From a virus: a stretch of DNA of 18,330 nt. Where the stretch lies: positions 1 to 18,330 of the IMG/VR virus record IMGVR_UViG_3300037445_000008; one strand, written 5' to 3'. The notes beneath the pieces were generated by a model. That model had not been told where the DNA came from. It saw nothing but the letters and a program-made list of their open reading frames with translations, and made no database searches. This document shows positions 6,454 to 13,960 of the stretch, piece after piece. Position 1 is the first letter of the stretch. The number at the start of each line of letters is the position of its first letter. A program made the translations under genes and the position numbers.

Positions 6454-7203
6454 CTAGAAGAACGAGAAGCCGAATTGGCTGCTCTTGCCGGTCGATTGCT
6501 GCGACTGTTCACCCATCGACTGCGCTTGGCTCAGACCATAGGACAGCGCCGTCGGACCACCGAGAATGCCGGCAAGGCTGGTCAGCGGTGCCCATTGCGC
6601 CTGGAACGGCGACATGCCGAGATTGTACAAACCTTGCGCCGCCTGCGGGATCATCCCCGCCGCCTGGGACGCCGCGTCCGTCAGGCCGGCTGCGGCCTGC
6701 GCGCCGGTATTCCACATGTTCGAATAGATGTCGGTGCCGGCCTTGGCGATGGCGTTCGCCGCATCGCCGCCGGCCAGCCCCTGCGCGATTGCCTGCCGGC
6801 TACCGCCAATATTGCCAGTCAGCCCAGCGCCGGACGTGATCCCAGGCATGATGTTGCGCAAAAAGTTCTGCTGGATATCGCCCGTCGCGCTCGCCAGTTG
6901 CTGCCGCGCCAGGTCGCTGTTCGGGTTGGCATACTGCGCCAGCGGCCCTTGCATATTGGCAATGCCCGACAACGCCGACAATCCGCCCTGGCTTGCCGCC
7001 GTGCCGGTGTTCGCCAGCCCCTGCGCCGTCGCCCCCACCTGGCCTTGCTGCTGGTTGGCGAGGTTCTGCGCCTGCCCGTAAAGGCCGGTCAGCGCCTGCG
7101 CCTGCGGTTGCCACACCTGCTGGCCATTGACCGACTGCGCCAGGCTCTGGTTGTAGCCGTAGCCGCTGGAACTCTGGTTTGACGATCCGCCCGACATGCC
7201 CAT
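6454..7203 (-). CDS. Gly/Gln/Ala-rich internal virion-type protein, 249 aa
   Basis: ATG at 7203 with GAGGTG 5 nt upstream. Composition is extremely Q/G/A/S/N-rich. The C-terminus is aromatic (SSQFGFSFF). Confidence 0.45.
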   Translation of the reverse strand: MGMSGGSSNQSSSGYGYNQSLAQSVNGQQVWQPQAQALTGLYGQAQNLANQQQGQVGATAQGLANTGTAASQGGLSALSGIANMQGPLAQYANPNSDLARQQLASATGDIQQNFLRNIMPGITSGAGLTGNIGGSRQAIAQGLAGGDAANAIAKAGTDIYSNMWNTGAQAAAGLTDAASQAAGMIPQAAQGLYNLGMSPFQAQWAPLTSLAGILGGPTALSYGLSQAQSMGEQSQQSTGKSSQFGFSFF

Positions 7204-7212
7204 GACATCACC

Positions 7213-7722
7213 TCAATTCAGATGCTTGATCAGCCCCAGCCGGATTGTCGGCTGGTCCTCGCAAATATAGCCGTCCTCATCCATCTCCATGCCCATGCGC
7301 TTGATCAGCCGCGACCAGCCGCGCCGGCCCACCACCCTGAGATACCCAGGCGCATTGGTGCCCATAATCCGCTTGTGATCCTGCATACTGGTGTAGAGAT
7401 AAAACGCCAGTTCAGACAGCAATTGCCCCGACAATTCACCGGTATAATACAGCACCGAAAACACCGGCCCGCCGGTTTCGGGATGGTGCATCAGTTCAAT
7501 GCCGAAATGCGTCTCGTTGTCGCCATGCTCGACGATGAACGGCACCACATGGCCGCTCCGAACGTCGGTGGCGAAATCCCAATAGGTCTTGTAATAGCCG
7601 TCGCCGCCGACGCAGAACGCCGCAAAGCATTCGCGCAGCGACAGGTGATCGGCGTCACTGGGTACGCCCAGGAACCGATAGAGCGGCCTATAGCTTGGTC
7701 CAGGTGCCACCGTGGAATTCAT
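7213..7722 (-). CDS. Hypothetical virion-module protein, 169 aa
   Basis: The preferred start is ATG at 7722 with AAGAGGG 5 nt upstream, giving a 35-nt overlap with the upstream gene. The longer form from 7848 would overlap 7688..7978 by 161 nt and adds an Arg/Trp-rich N-terminus. Confidence 0.5.
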   Translation of the reverse strand: MNSTVAPGPSYRPLYRFLGVPSDADHLSLRECFAAFCVGGDGYYKTYWDFATDVRSGHVVPFIVEHGDNETHFGIELMHHPETGGPVFSVLYYTGELSGQLLSELAFYLYTSMQDHKRIMGTNAPGYLRVVGRRGWSRLIKRMGMEMDEDGYICEDQPTIRLGLIKHLN

Positions 7723-7978
7723 ACGTACCCTCTTGCGCGCCAGCCACGCCCGCTTTGAAATAGCGGACCACACCAGAAACGGCCCTAACCGGCAGAACTG
7801 CCGTAATATCCAGCCGTAGTTGCGATTGTCTTCCCTCGTTGAGTGCATCGGCTATCCTCAGCAGTTCGGTATACATCCACGCCGATTTGGCGTTCGGATC
7901 TTCCGATTGCGGTGGTGGTGCCGGCTGGTAAATCGCGCCGTCACCGCCCGCTGTTGCGATTGCCTTCGGCAAGACCAT
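7688..7978 (-). CDS. Hypothetical small tail-module protein, 96 aa
   Basis: The ATG at 7978 shares one base with the TGA of the 509-aa gene (TGATG). Pro-rich N-terminus and a beta-like C-terminus (GTYEFHGGTWTKL). Confidence 0.5.
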   Translation of the reverse strand: MVLPKAIATAGGDGAIYQPAPPPQSEDPNAKSAWMYTELLRIADALNEGRQSQLRLDITAVLPVRAVSGVVRYFKAGVAGAQEGTYEFHGGTWTKL

Positions 7979-9507
7979 CAGAACCGCCCCCCCAGTCGAG
8001 CCTGTGGTGATAGCTGCGTCAGTGTGAATGGATTGGCCGTGGTCGTTGCCACGTTGATGGCCAACAATCTCCCTTCCGTGAAGAAATCCAGTGTCCTGTC
8101 CGTGCCGAGCGTAAAATCGGCCACCGCGTCGAATGTCAAAACATCGCTGTCCAAATCCTGCGACCCGAACGAGAAGCGCAGCACGTCGCCGGTAATGCCG
8201 TTGATCAACGGTCGGAGCCCCGACATCACCTTTCTGTTCGTCAGCTTGTCGAGGTCGATCCCTGAGCGCTGCACGAAGGCCGGCATGGTCGGCGCGCCAT
8301 TCTCCGACAACATCCCGGCTGACCCTGCGGCATAGACCGGCGTTGACGGCAGAACACCACTCGCGGTTTCATCCCACGTCGTCGTATCACTATCCCAAGT
8401 TGTAGTGTCAATATCCCAGGTCTGCGGCACCAGGTTCAACAAGCCCATATCGACCATCCAGACATCAGGCAGATCGATGATGGAGGCGTCCCCCGACGCT
8501 ATCTCTATGGTAATCGCTTCATTCGCAGCAGTGTTGGTGCCAACAGGATATGCCAAGACCACCTGTCCCAGCCGCATATTCCTATATACAAACGTATTGA
8601 TCAGCTTGTTGTAGTTCAGCGCCGTGGAAAAGTACTCGCCCATGACGCCATAGAGCATATCAGTATAGCTGTTGCCGTCATGCTTGATCATGCGGCGATT
8701 GGCCGTCAGCATATATACAAGGTTACCGTCCTCACAGCAACAGTCGGTCGCGAAAATGCCGATACTGGGGAAGACGTCGCGCGTCTGGAATATAAACTGC
8801 CCGCCGACATATTGCAGCGTGCCGGTGTACTCATTCTTCATCACAAAGAACTGGTCGCGGACTGATATACCATCCTGCAATGGCCCGCGCGTGGCGGAAA
8901 AGTCGGCGTCTCCAGCGTCATTGGTGGGTGACGGCACCCAGTCGGAGGGAACCTGACCAGGTGCCGCCGACGTGGACCACGACACCTGGCTTTCCAGTCG
9001 CCCAGTCGGTGTGTCCACATTCAACGCCATCAGAAAATTCTTGTGCGCCCGCATCACGCCGCAGGTCCAGCCGGTCGGCCAGTTCGGCAGCTTGGTCATC
9101 ACCGACGCCGGATTGCCATTCCACCAGTACGGCCCACGCTGCGGATGGTTGACGAACGGCACGCCATTCAGATCGCCCAGCGAATACGAAAACACCGCGC
9201 CGGTAATCGCTCCCCAGCCAGCCGGCGTGATGTTGTAGTGGGTGACGCCATCGGTGACGGCAATGCCAGCATCACCGCCATAGAGCCAGTATTGCGAGCC
9301 GTTCGGCAGGCGCACGAAGCGCAGGAACTGCACCGCAAACAGCCGGCCAGAATTGGCAAACGGCTGCGCCCCAGGCATCCTGATGGTCTTGCCGCTCTTG
9401 AAATAGACGTTGCGCCCGTTCGACCACTTGTCGGCGGCAATCAACGACGCCGGCAGATCCTTGACGATCCCATGCATCATGATTTCGCCGCTCGCCGGAT
9501 GCGTCAT
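7978..9507 (-). CDS. Tail structural protein (nozzle/tubular-type by position), 509 aa
   Basis: ATGA-coupled to the tail-fibre gene. Beta-rich, Trp/Gly/Thr-rich sequence with three tandem 7-aa T-T-W-D repeats. Functional assignment is by synteny only. Confidence 0.4.
   Translation of the reverse strand: MTHPASGEIMMHGIVKDLPASLIAADKWSNGRNVYFKSGKTIRMPGAQPFANSGRLFAVQFLRFVRLPNGSQYWLYGGDAGIAVTDGVTHYNITPAGWGAITGAVFSYSLGDLNGVPFVNHPQRGPYWWNGNPASVMTKLPNWPTGWTCGVMRAHKNFLMALNVDTPTGRLESQVSWSTSAAPGQVPSDWVPSPTNDAGDADFSATRGPLQDGISVRDQFFVMKNEYTGTLQYVGGQFIFQTRDVFPSIGIFATDCCCEDGNLVYMLTANRRMIKHDGNSYTDMLYGVMGEYFSTALNYNKLINTFVYRNMRLGQVVLAYPVGTNTAANEAITIEIASGDASIIDLPDVWMVDMGLLNLVPQTWDIDTTTWDSDTTTWDETASGVLPSTPVYAAGSAGMLSENGAPTMPAFVQRSGIDLDKLTNRKVMSGLRPLINGITGDVLRFSFGSQDLDSDVLTFDAVADFTLGTDRTLDFFTEGRLLAINVATTTANPFTLTQLSPQARLGGRF
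8368..8430 (-). repeat. Three imperfect 21-nt tandem repeats encoding (Q/T)TWD(I/S/E)(D/T)T x3
   Basis: 'atccca' recurs at 8371, 8392 and 8413 (period 21). The protein reads PQTWDIDTTTWDSDTTTWDET. Confidence 0.7.
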
Positions 9508-10484
9508 CGCGCCGCCTCCATTGCCGACAGCCGCCCTTCCAAGTCATCGATCCGGTCGAGCGCCCACGACAGCGCCGCCCACAGGTATGGCGTCCGCTTT
9601 GACTGGTCGATGCCCCACGGATTGTCGCCCTCTGCCGGCGTTGCCAGGTCCTCGCTGACCGCATAGGACGTCTGCGCCCCCCAGCCCACCGCATAGGAAC
9701 CATCGCTAATCCAGGTAAAATCTCTGACGGGATCAGCGCGGATAATGTCAATGGCCTTTTGCGGATCGTAAGGCCCAATGAAATCCTTCAGCCGCTCGTC
9801 GGATGACGTGTTGTAGGCGGTGCTGTTGGCATTGGCGACAGAAATGGATCCGCAAAGCACACCACCCTGATAAAACGCGACAACGCCGCCGTTGCTGCCT
9901 ATTTTGTTGGCGTTTATCATCGTTCCGGTGTGTTCGATGATCATTCCGTTCGCCGGATCGACAGCAAATCCCGCAACACCAATGAGGCCGCCGCCGCTGC
10001 CGGAATGACCGACGACGATTGTATTGGCGGCAGTCGTCGCGCTGTTGATGATGCTGCCAAATTTTGCCGTACCTGTCCCGGTCACATTGCCCGACGCATC
10101 GACGAACAGCACATCGGTGCCGCTGCCATCCGCCTTGCTGTTGAGCGCCAGCCGGTTACTCGGTGTCTTGCGTTCAATCCACGACATATCGGCGTCGGTA
10201 AACCGCAAACCCTGCGGCGATGTGCCGGAAAACGTCAGACTGCCGCTCATCGCGAAATTGCCAGTCTGCGTTATGTCACCTGTGACCGTCACAGTGCCGA
10301 GCTTTGCGCCGTTGGGCGACTCTATCGGCTTGGTGTGCTTGATCGTCGTGCCGCTGTCGTCAAACACCGCCTGCAACGCGCTCTTGACCAGGCGGATATG
10401 GTTGTCGCCTTCCGCCTTGATGTCGGTGCCGAGCGGCCACGCCGCGTTCAGGCCGGATATCGTGGTCGAGCTTTCGACTGCCAT
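9504..10484 (-). CDS. Tail fibre with C-terminal intramolecular-chaperone (peptidase S74) domain, 326 aa
   Basis: The start ATG at 10484 lies 5 nt after the upstream stop. The N-terminus (ISGLNAAWPLGTDIKAEGDNHIRLVKSALQAVF) is a common tail-fibre anchor motif. The middle is Gly/Thr/Ser-rich. The C-terminal 100 aa begin with SSDERLK (S-D-x-R-x-K autocleavage motif) and end in a coiled coil (RIDDLEGRLSAMEAAR). Confidence 0.8.
   Translation of the reverse strand: MAVESSTTISGLNAAWPLGTDIKAEGDNHIRLVKSALQAVFDDSGTTIKHTKPIESPNGAKLGTVTVTGDITQTGNFAMSGSLTFSGTSPQGLRFTDADMSWIERKTPSNRLALNSKADGSGTDVLFVDASGNVTGTGTAKFGSIINSATTAANTIVVGHSGSGGGLIGVAGFAVDPANGMIIEHTGTMINANKIGSNGGVVAFYQGGVLCGSISVANANSTAYNTSSDERLKDFIGPYDPQKAIDIIRADPVRDFTWISDGSYAVGWGAQTSYAVSEDLATPAEGDNPWGIDQSKRTPYLWAALSWALDRIDDLEGRLSAMEAAR
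9507..9806 (-). other. Peptidase S74 / intramolecular chaperone auto-processing domain of the tail fibre
   Basis: SSDERLKDF...WGAQ...LWAALSWALDRIDDLEGRL. Codons for SSDER map to 9792-9806. Confidence 0.7.
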
Positions 10485-10488
10485 CTGA

Positions 10489-11052
10489 TCACCCCGCGAC
10501 CACGGCCATATTCGCCGTGTGACCGGCCATCGCCTTGTTGGCGTTCGCCGTCTCAATGTAATTGTTCAGTTGCGCGTCATAGGTATTGAGCGCATCGAAA
10601 TCCTGGATGAACGTCGCCGCCTGTACCAACAGCGCCGCCAGGTAGATGTTGGGATATTTCGTCAGGATCACGTTGGTTTGCGTGTCCGTCAGTTCCGGCC
10701 AGCGCGAGCCGTAGAACAGCAGCACCGCCCCCGACGCCGACAGGTAGATGTTCTTGCCGGATATGGCGAACAGGTCGCCGCCGCCGTCATAGACCGCCTG
10801 CAAGGGTGCCGAGCGCTGCGCCACATTGTTCAGGCGTAGCGCCTTGACGCGCCCGAAATCGGTGGGAAGCGCCACCGCGTTCAGGTTGGAGACCGCGTCA
10901 AGGCTTGCCGTCATTGCCACCGCCGCTTCGTTATCGAAGACATCCAGACGGGTGGCCATGTCGGCAATCGCACTCGCCTGAAAATCGTCAAACACCAGAT
11001 CCTTGCGGTGGATGAACGACGCGGCGACGGTTTTCATCTGTGACCAGATCAT
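10489..11052 (-). CDS. Head-tail adaptor/connector-type protein (by position), 187 aa
   Basis: ATG at 11052. It lies between the head genes and the tail fibre and is similar in size to podovirus adaptor proteins. No motif verified. Confidence 0.35.
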   Translation of the reverse strand: MIWSQMKTVAASFIHRKDLVFDDFQASAIADMATRLDVFDNEAAVAMTASLDAVSNLNAVALPTDFGRVKALRLNNVAQRSAPLQAVYDGGGDLFAISGKNIYLSASGAVLLFYGSRWPELTDTQTNVILTKYPNIYLAALLVQAATFIQDFDALNTYDAQLNNYIETANANKAMAGHTANMAVVAG

Positions 11053-11132
11053 CCTACGGCTTCCCTGGCGGTATCGCGGTCAGATAGAGCGGCGGCGTTC
11101 CAGGCTTGCCATGCCACTGGATCAATCCGCCC

Positions 11133-11282
11133 TTACTTATCCTGTTTGGCGCTCTTCCGATCATCATAGGGAATATCCTTGTCTTCGGCTTGCTTGTAGA
11201 GATCATCTATCGCTTTAAGTTCAAGCTCCAACTGCTTGATTTGATCGGTGATTTGCTTTTTCATTTCTTCCTTGCTTGCCAT
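11133..11282 (-). CDS. Small coiled-coil protein, 49 aa, in a low-GC patch
   Basis: ATG at 11282 with GGGAG 9 nt upstream. MASKEEMKKQITDQIKQLELELKAIDDLYKQAEDK has heptad character. Hand-counted GC is 40-42% on two 60-nt lines. The antisense frame (11106..11384 +) is also open, so strand assignment rests on the RBS and operon context. Confidence 0.45.
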   Translation of the reverse strand: MASKEEMKKQITDQIKQLELELKAIDDLYKQAEDKDIPYDDRKSAKQDK

Positions 11283-11323
11283 GGCTTTGTACTCCCGTAT
11301 CAGCCATTCAGTGATGAAATATC

Positions 11324-11539
11324 TCATCCCGCACAATGCGACGGTGGAAACGGTGCCGCCTTGTTGGCAACACCGTTGTTGTAGGCCGCGAGCGCGGTCG
11401 GATCACCGCTCAGTTGCACCACCGCGCCGCGATAGCCTTCGGCATACGCCTTTGCGAGCTTGCTGAACGGCGAAATCGCCCTGTTGGCGGCGGTCGGGGA
11501 GACATATGCCAGGTAGTCGATGTGCAGTTTTCCGGCCAT
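11324..11539 (-). CDS. Hypothetical head-module protein, 71 aa
   Basis: The preferred start is ATG at 11539 (GGAG 6 nt upstream, 1 nt after the upstream TGA). The ORF track's longer form uses TTG at 11551. Confidence 0.5.
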   Translation of the reverse strand: MAGKLHIDYLAYVSPTAANRAISPFSKLAKAYAEGYRGAVVQLSGDPTALAAYNNGVANKAAPFPPSHCAG

Positions 11540-11540
11540 T

Positions 11541-11852
11541 TCAATCTCCAAACGTCAGTTTTCGATAGTCGCTGTCATGTGAGAAGCGCTCCCAGGCGCG
11601 GAAGCGCTCATCAGGATCGTTGCTGGCAAGACCTGGATGGCGCTTGATCAGCACGCCCCAGGTCGCCAGCGGGATGGAAGCGATCTGCCGCCCCCAGGCG
11701 AATTTGCGGGGGCCGCCACTCCCCCGCACCGCCGCATTTTCTTCCAGGATGGCGTCCTCGTTGTTGGAAGTGTGCAGCCGATACAGCCGGCCATCCTCTT
11801 GCCTGTAACGATAGGTCTCGACGCCATCCGTATAGTCGAGCGGGTGGGTCAT
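11541..11852 (-). CDS. Hypothetical head-module protein, 103 aa
   Basis: ATGA overlap with the capsid gene stop. No recognisable motif. Confidence 0.55.
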   Translation of the reverse strand: MTHPLDYTDGVETYRYRQEDGRLYRLHTSNNEDAILEENAAVRGSGGPRKFAWGRQIASIPLATWGVLIKRHPGLASNDPDERFRAWERFSHDSDYRKLTFGD

Positions 11853-12895
11853 GCCACCATCGCCGCCTGCTGATCGACGTCATAGATGACGCCGCAACTG
11901 TCCTCGTTCCTGAGGCGCAGCGTGCCATCCACCGCCATCGAGCGCTTGTCGGCCAGGCCGGTTTTGGCCAGCGGTATCGTCTCATAGCCGCTCAACAGGA
12001 CCACATCGATGTATTCGAAATCGAAGATGCCGACGTGGCTGGTGTTGGCTGCGGATGTCGGCTGCAAGCGGTTCGGGATCATTTCGAGTGTGCCGAAATC
12101 GGTGATGAACACATTCACCGCGCCTTGCAGCGTCACCCCTCCCCTGTCGTCCTGGCTGACGGGCGATGTCACAGTCGCCACCCGCGCCGTCGAGGTAAAG
12201 CCGTATTCCGAAATCTTGCGGATGTTCTCAGGCCGCGCCATCAGCACCAGCGTCCGCCGCCCGTCCGGCCCACCCGCCAGGTAGACGTTCTGCACCGTGT
12301 CGCGCAGCACCGTCTCAGTCATCGCTCGCTTGGTGCCGGCTACGACATCCCCGAATAGTTTTGTACCAGTCGAAAAACCTGGCGTGCTACCCGTCGCGCC
12401 ATGCGACGAATTCGCCGTTGTCTGCGCAAAGATCGATGCCATCTTGCCCGCGATTGTCGCACCATCATCGGCTATAGACCCCTGGTTACTGAGCATGATT
12501 GCCTCGCGATCACGGCGAAGCTCACGCTGTCTTTGCATAATCTGATACGCCAATGCATCGGACGATCCCATGGTATCGGACGACTGCGCTCGTTCCGACA
12601 CCTGCACCGTCTTTGTCGAGATCTGACAGTGGTTCCCCTTGCGCGAGCCAGTATTTGTATCATTGGTCGTATTGGTATCCGCACCGTCAACGCGGGCATT
12701 GGCAAGATCCGGCGCGCGTAAAGCATCCTTATTCCACTCCGTATAGCTATTCGAGCAACTGCCGGATGCGGCGCGGTCGGTGAACGGAAGCGGAATATTC
12801 GTGACATCCCAAATCGCATCCATCACGTCTTCATGTATCCACCCGCCAGCCGCCACGGCCTTCAGGTCGGCACTGTCTAGATTGGTCGTTGCCAT
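11849..12895 (-). CDS. Major capsid protein (HK97-fold, SU10/DUF5309-like pattern), 348 aa
   Basis: Follows the scaffold gene. Pattern: YTEWNKDAL...NARVDGAD...GNHCQISTKTVQVSERAQ...GSSDALAYQIMQRQRELRRDREAIML, as I recall for this capsid family. The preferred start is ATG at 12895 (AGGTGG 5 nt upstream); the GTG at 12904 would overlap the scaffold stop. Confidence 0.8.
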   Translation of the reverse strand: MATTNLDSADLKAVAAGGWIHEDVMDAIWDVTNIPLPFTDRAASGSCSNSYTEWNKDALRAPDLANARVDGADTNTTNDTNTGSRKGNHCQISTKTVQVSERAQSSDTMGSSDALAYQIMQRQRELRRDREAIMLSNQGSIADDGATIAGKMASIFAQTTANSSHGATGSTPGFSTGTKLFGDVVAGTKRAMTETVLRDTVQNVYLAGGPDGRRTLVLMARPENIRKISEYGFTSTARVATVTSPVSQDDRGGVTLQGAVNVFITDFGTLEMIPNRLQPTSAANTSHVGIFDFEYIDVVLLSGYETIPLAKTGLADKRSMAVDGTLRLRNEDSCGVIYDVDQQAAMVA

Positions 12896-12896
12896 A

Positions 12897-13919
12897 TCAG
12901 CCACCTATCAATTTGGTCACAGCGCCGAGCTGGTCGCCCTTTTTGGCTAGCTCGCGCGCCTGTTGTTTGAGATCAGGCCGATACTGTCGCTTTGACGTGG
13001 CTGTTTCCGTCGGGCGCTTCTCGCGCTCGCTGCGCATTCGCTCCAAAATCTTCTCGCGCCGCATCATCTTGGTCATGAAATAGATTGTGCGGGCATCGTT
13101 CAGACTGTCGAGTTCCTGCTTGGAAAACCGCCATTTCTTGCCGAATTCGTAGAGTTCCGTGATTTCGGCGCGTTTGGTGCGTTCATCGGCCCATTCGGGA
13201 AACAATTCCCTCAACTCAGCCGCCGCCTTCACCTGGTTCTGCTTCCACGTTTCCTGTGCCACATGGAAGGCAGACGCAAACTGTTCCGGCGTCACCAGGT
13301 TCTTTACTTCCGCCAACAGGCCATCGATCTGCTGACGGGCGGAATAGACTTCATTGAGGCTGTCCGTTTTGTAGATTTCGAACTCATCGCGCTCATGCTG
13401 ATGCGCTTTGACCTTGCCCATGTCGTCGCGCAATTGCTGCACGGTCATCGGCTGTTCGTCGTCGTCCTCAAACGGCAGGTAGAGATTGTAAAGCTCCTTT
13501 GGATCGATCCCGCGTTCTTCCGCGAACTTGGCAATCGTCGTCCTCTGGCCTTTACGTGGACGCTGATACGGCTCTAATTCATCGTCCAAATCTTCCAGGT
13601 CGCTTCTGGACGCATCGGCTGGCGCATCCTTCCCTGACCTGGCCGGTCGATCCACGCCTTTGCCGCGAGCATGGTCGTCCTCATCGCGGGTCACCCCACG
13701 GAAATCCTTGCCTGACAGCAGGTCGGTGACCTGCGATAGCTGATCGCCGTCGCGGCGGGAGGCTTCCCGGCGCGACAGCCCGCCGCGCTCTTCGCGGCGT
13801 GAAAATTCTCGCTCATTCCGTTTCGGGATCGGCCTCGTGACGGTCTGCTGTTCGTCGGCTGCGTCCAGCGTCCGCTGCGCCGCCCTGGAAATTCCATTGT
13901 TCGAGCCGTCCAATGACAT
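12897..13919 (-). CDS. Scaffolding protein, 340 aa
   Basis: Lies between the portal and capsid genes. Highly charged (Arg/Glu/Asp/Lys-rich), predicted helical. GGAG 8 nt before the ATG at 13919. Confidence 0.6.
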   Translation of the reverse strand: MSLDGSNNGISRAAQRTLDAADEQQTVTRPIPKRNEREFSRREERGGLSRREASRRDGDQLSQVTDLLSGKDFRGVTRDEDDHARGKGVDRPARSGKDAPADASRSDLEDLDDELEPYQRPRKGQRTTIAKFAEERGIDPKELYNLYLPFEDDDEQPMTVQQLRDDMGKVKAHQHERDEFEIYKTDSLNEVYSARQQIDGLLAEVKNLVTPEQFASAFHVAQETWKQNQVKAAAELRELFPEWADERTKRAEITELYEFGKKWRFSKQELDSLNDARTIYFMTKMMRREKILERMRSEREKRPTETATSKRQYRPDLKQQARELAKKGDQLGAVTKLIGG

Positions 13920-13960
13920 ATCGAATGCTCCAGATTTCCCTCAACAAATCACTCACATCG

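Noticed and set aside
6457-6483. C-terminal SSQFGFSFF as an outer-membrane-protein beta-signal
   Set aside because: The terminal Phe is present, but the alternating hydrophobic register is shifted by one (F at -2, -4 and -6, Ser at -3). This is not enough for the claim, so it is recorded only as an aromatic C-terminus.
7213-7722. GNAT acetyltransferase-like motif (RVVGRRGWSRLIKRMGME)
   Set aside because: The putative acetyl-CoA loop and the 'GF'-type motif lie only ~8 residues apart, which is incompatible with the GNAT fold spacing. No other GNAT motifs were seen.
7723-7848. Upstream extension of the 7213 ORF (start at 7848), or a programmed frameshift linking 7688..7978 to it
   Set aside because: The extension would overlap the 96-aa gene by 161 nt and encodes an Arg/Trp-rich peptide. 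The internal ATG at 7722 has an excellent AAGAGGG RBS. I saw no slippery heptamer.
10485-10556. 24-codon N-terminal extension of the tail fibre (MRRRTPTRRWPVTRRIWPWSRGDQ)
   Set aside because: It overlaps the end of the upstream gene and has Arg-rich shadow composition. The ATG at 10484 gives a canonical tail-fibre N-terminus 5 nt after the upstream stop.
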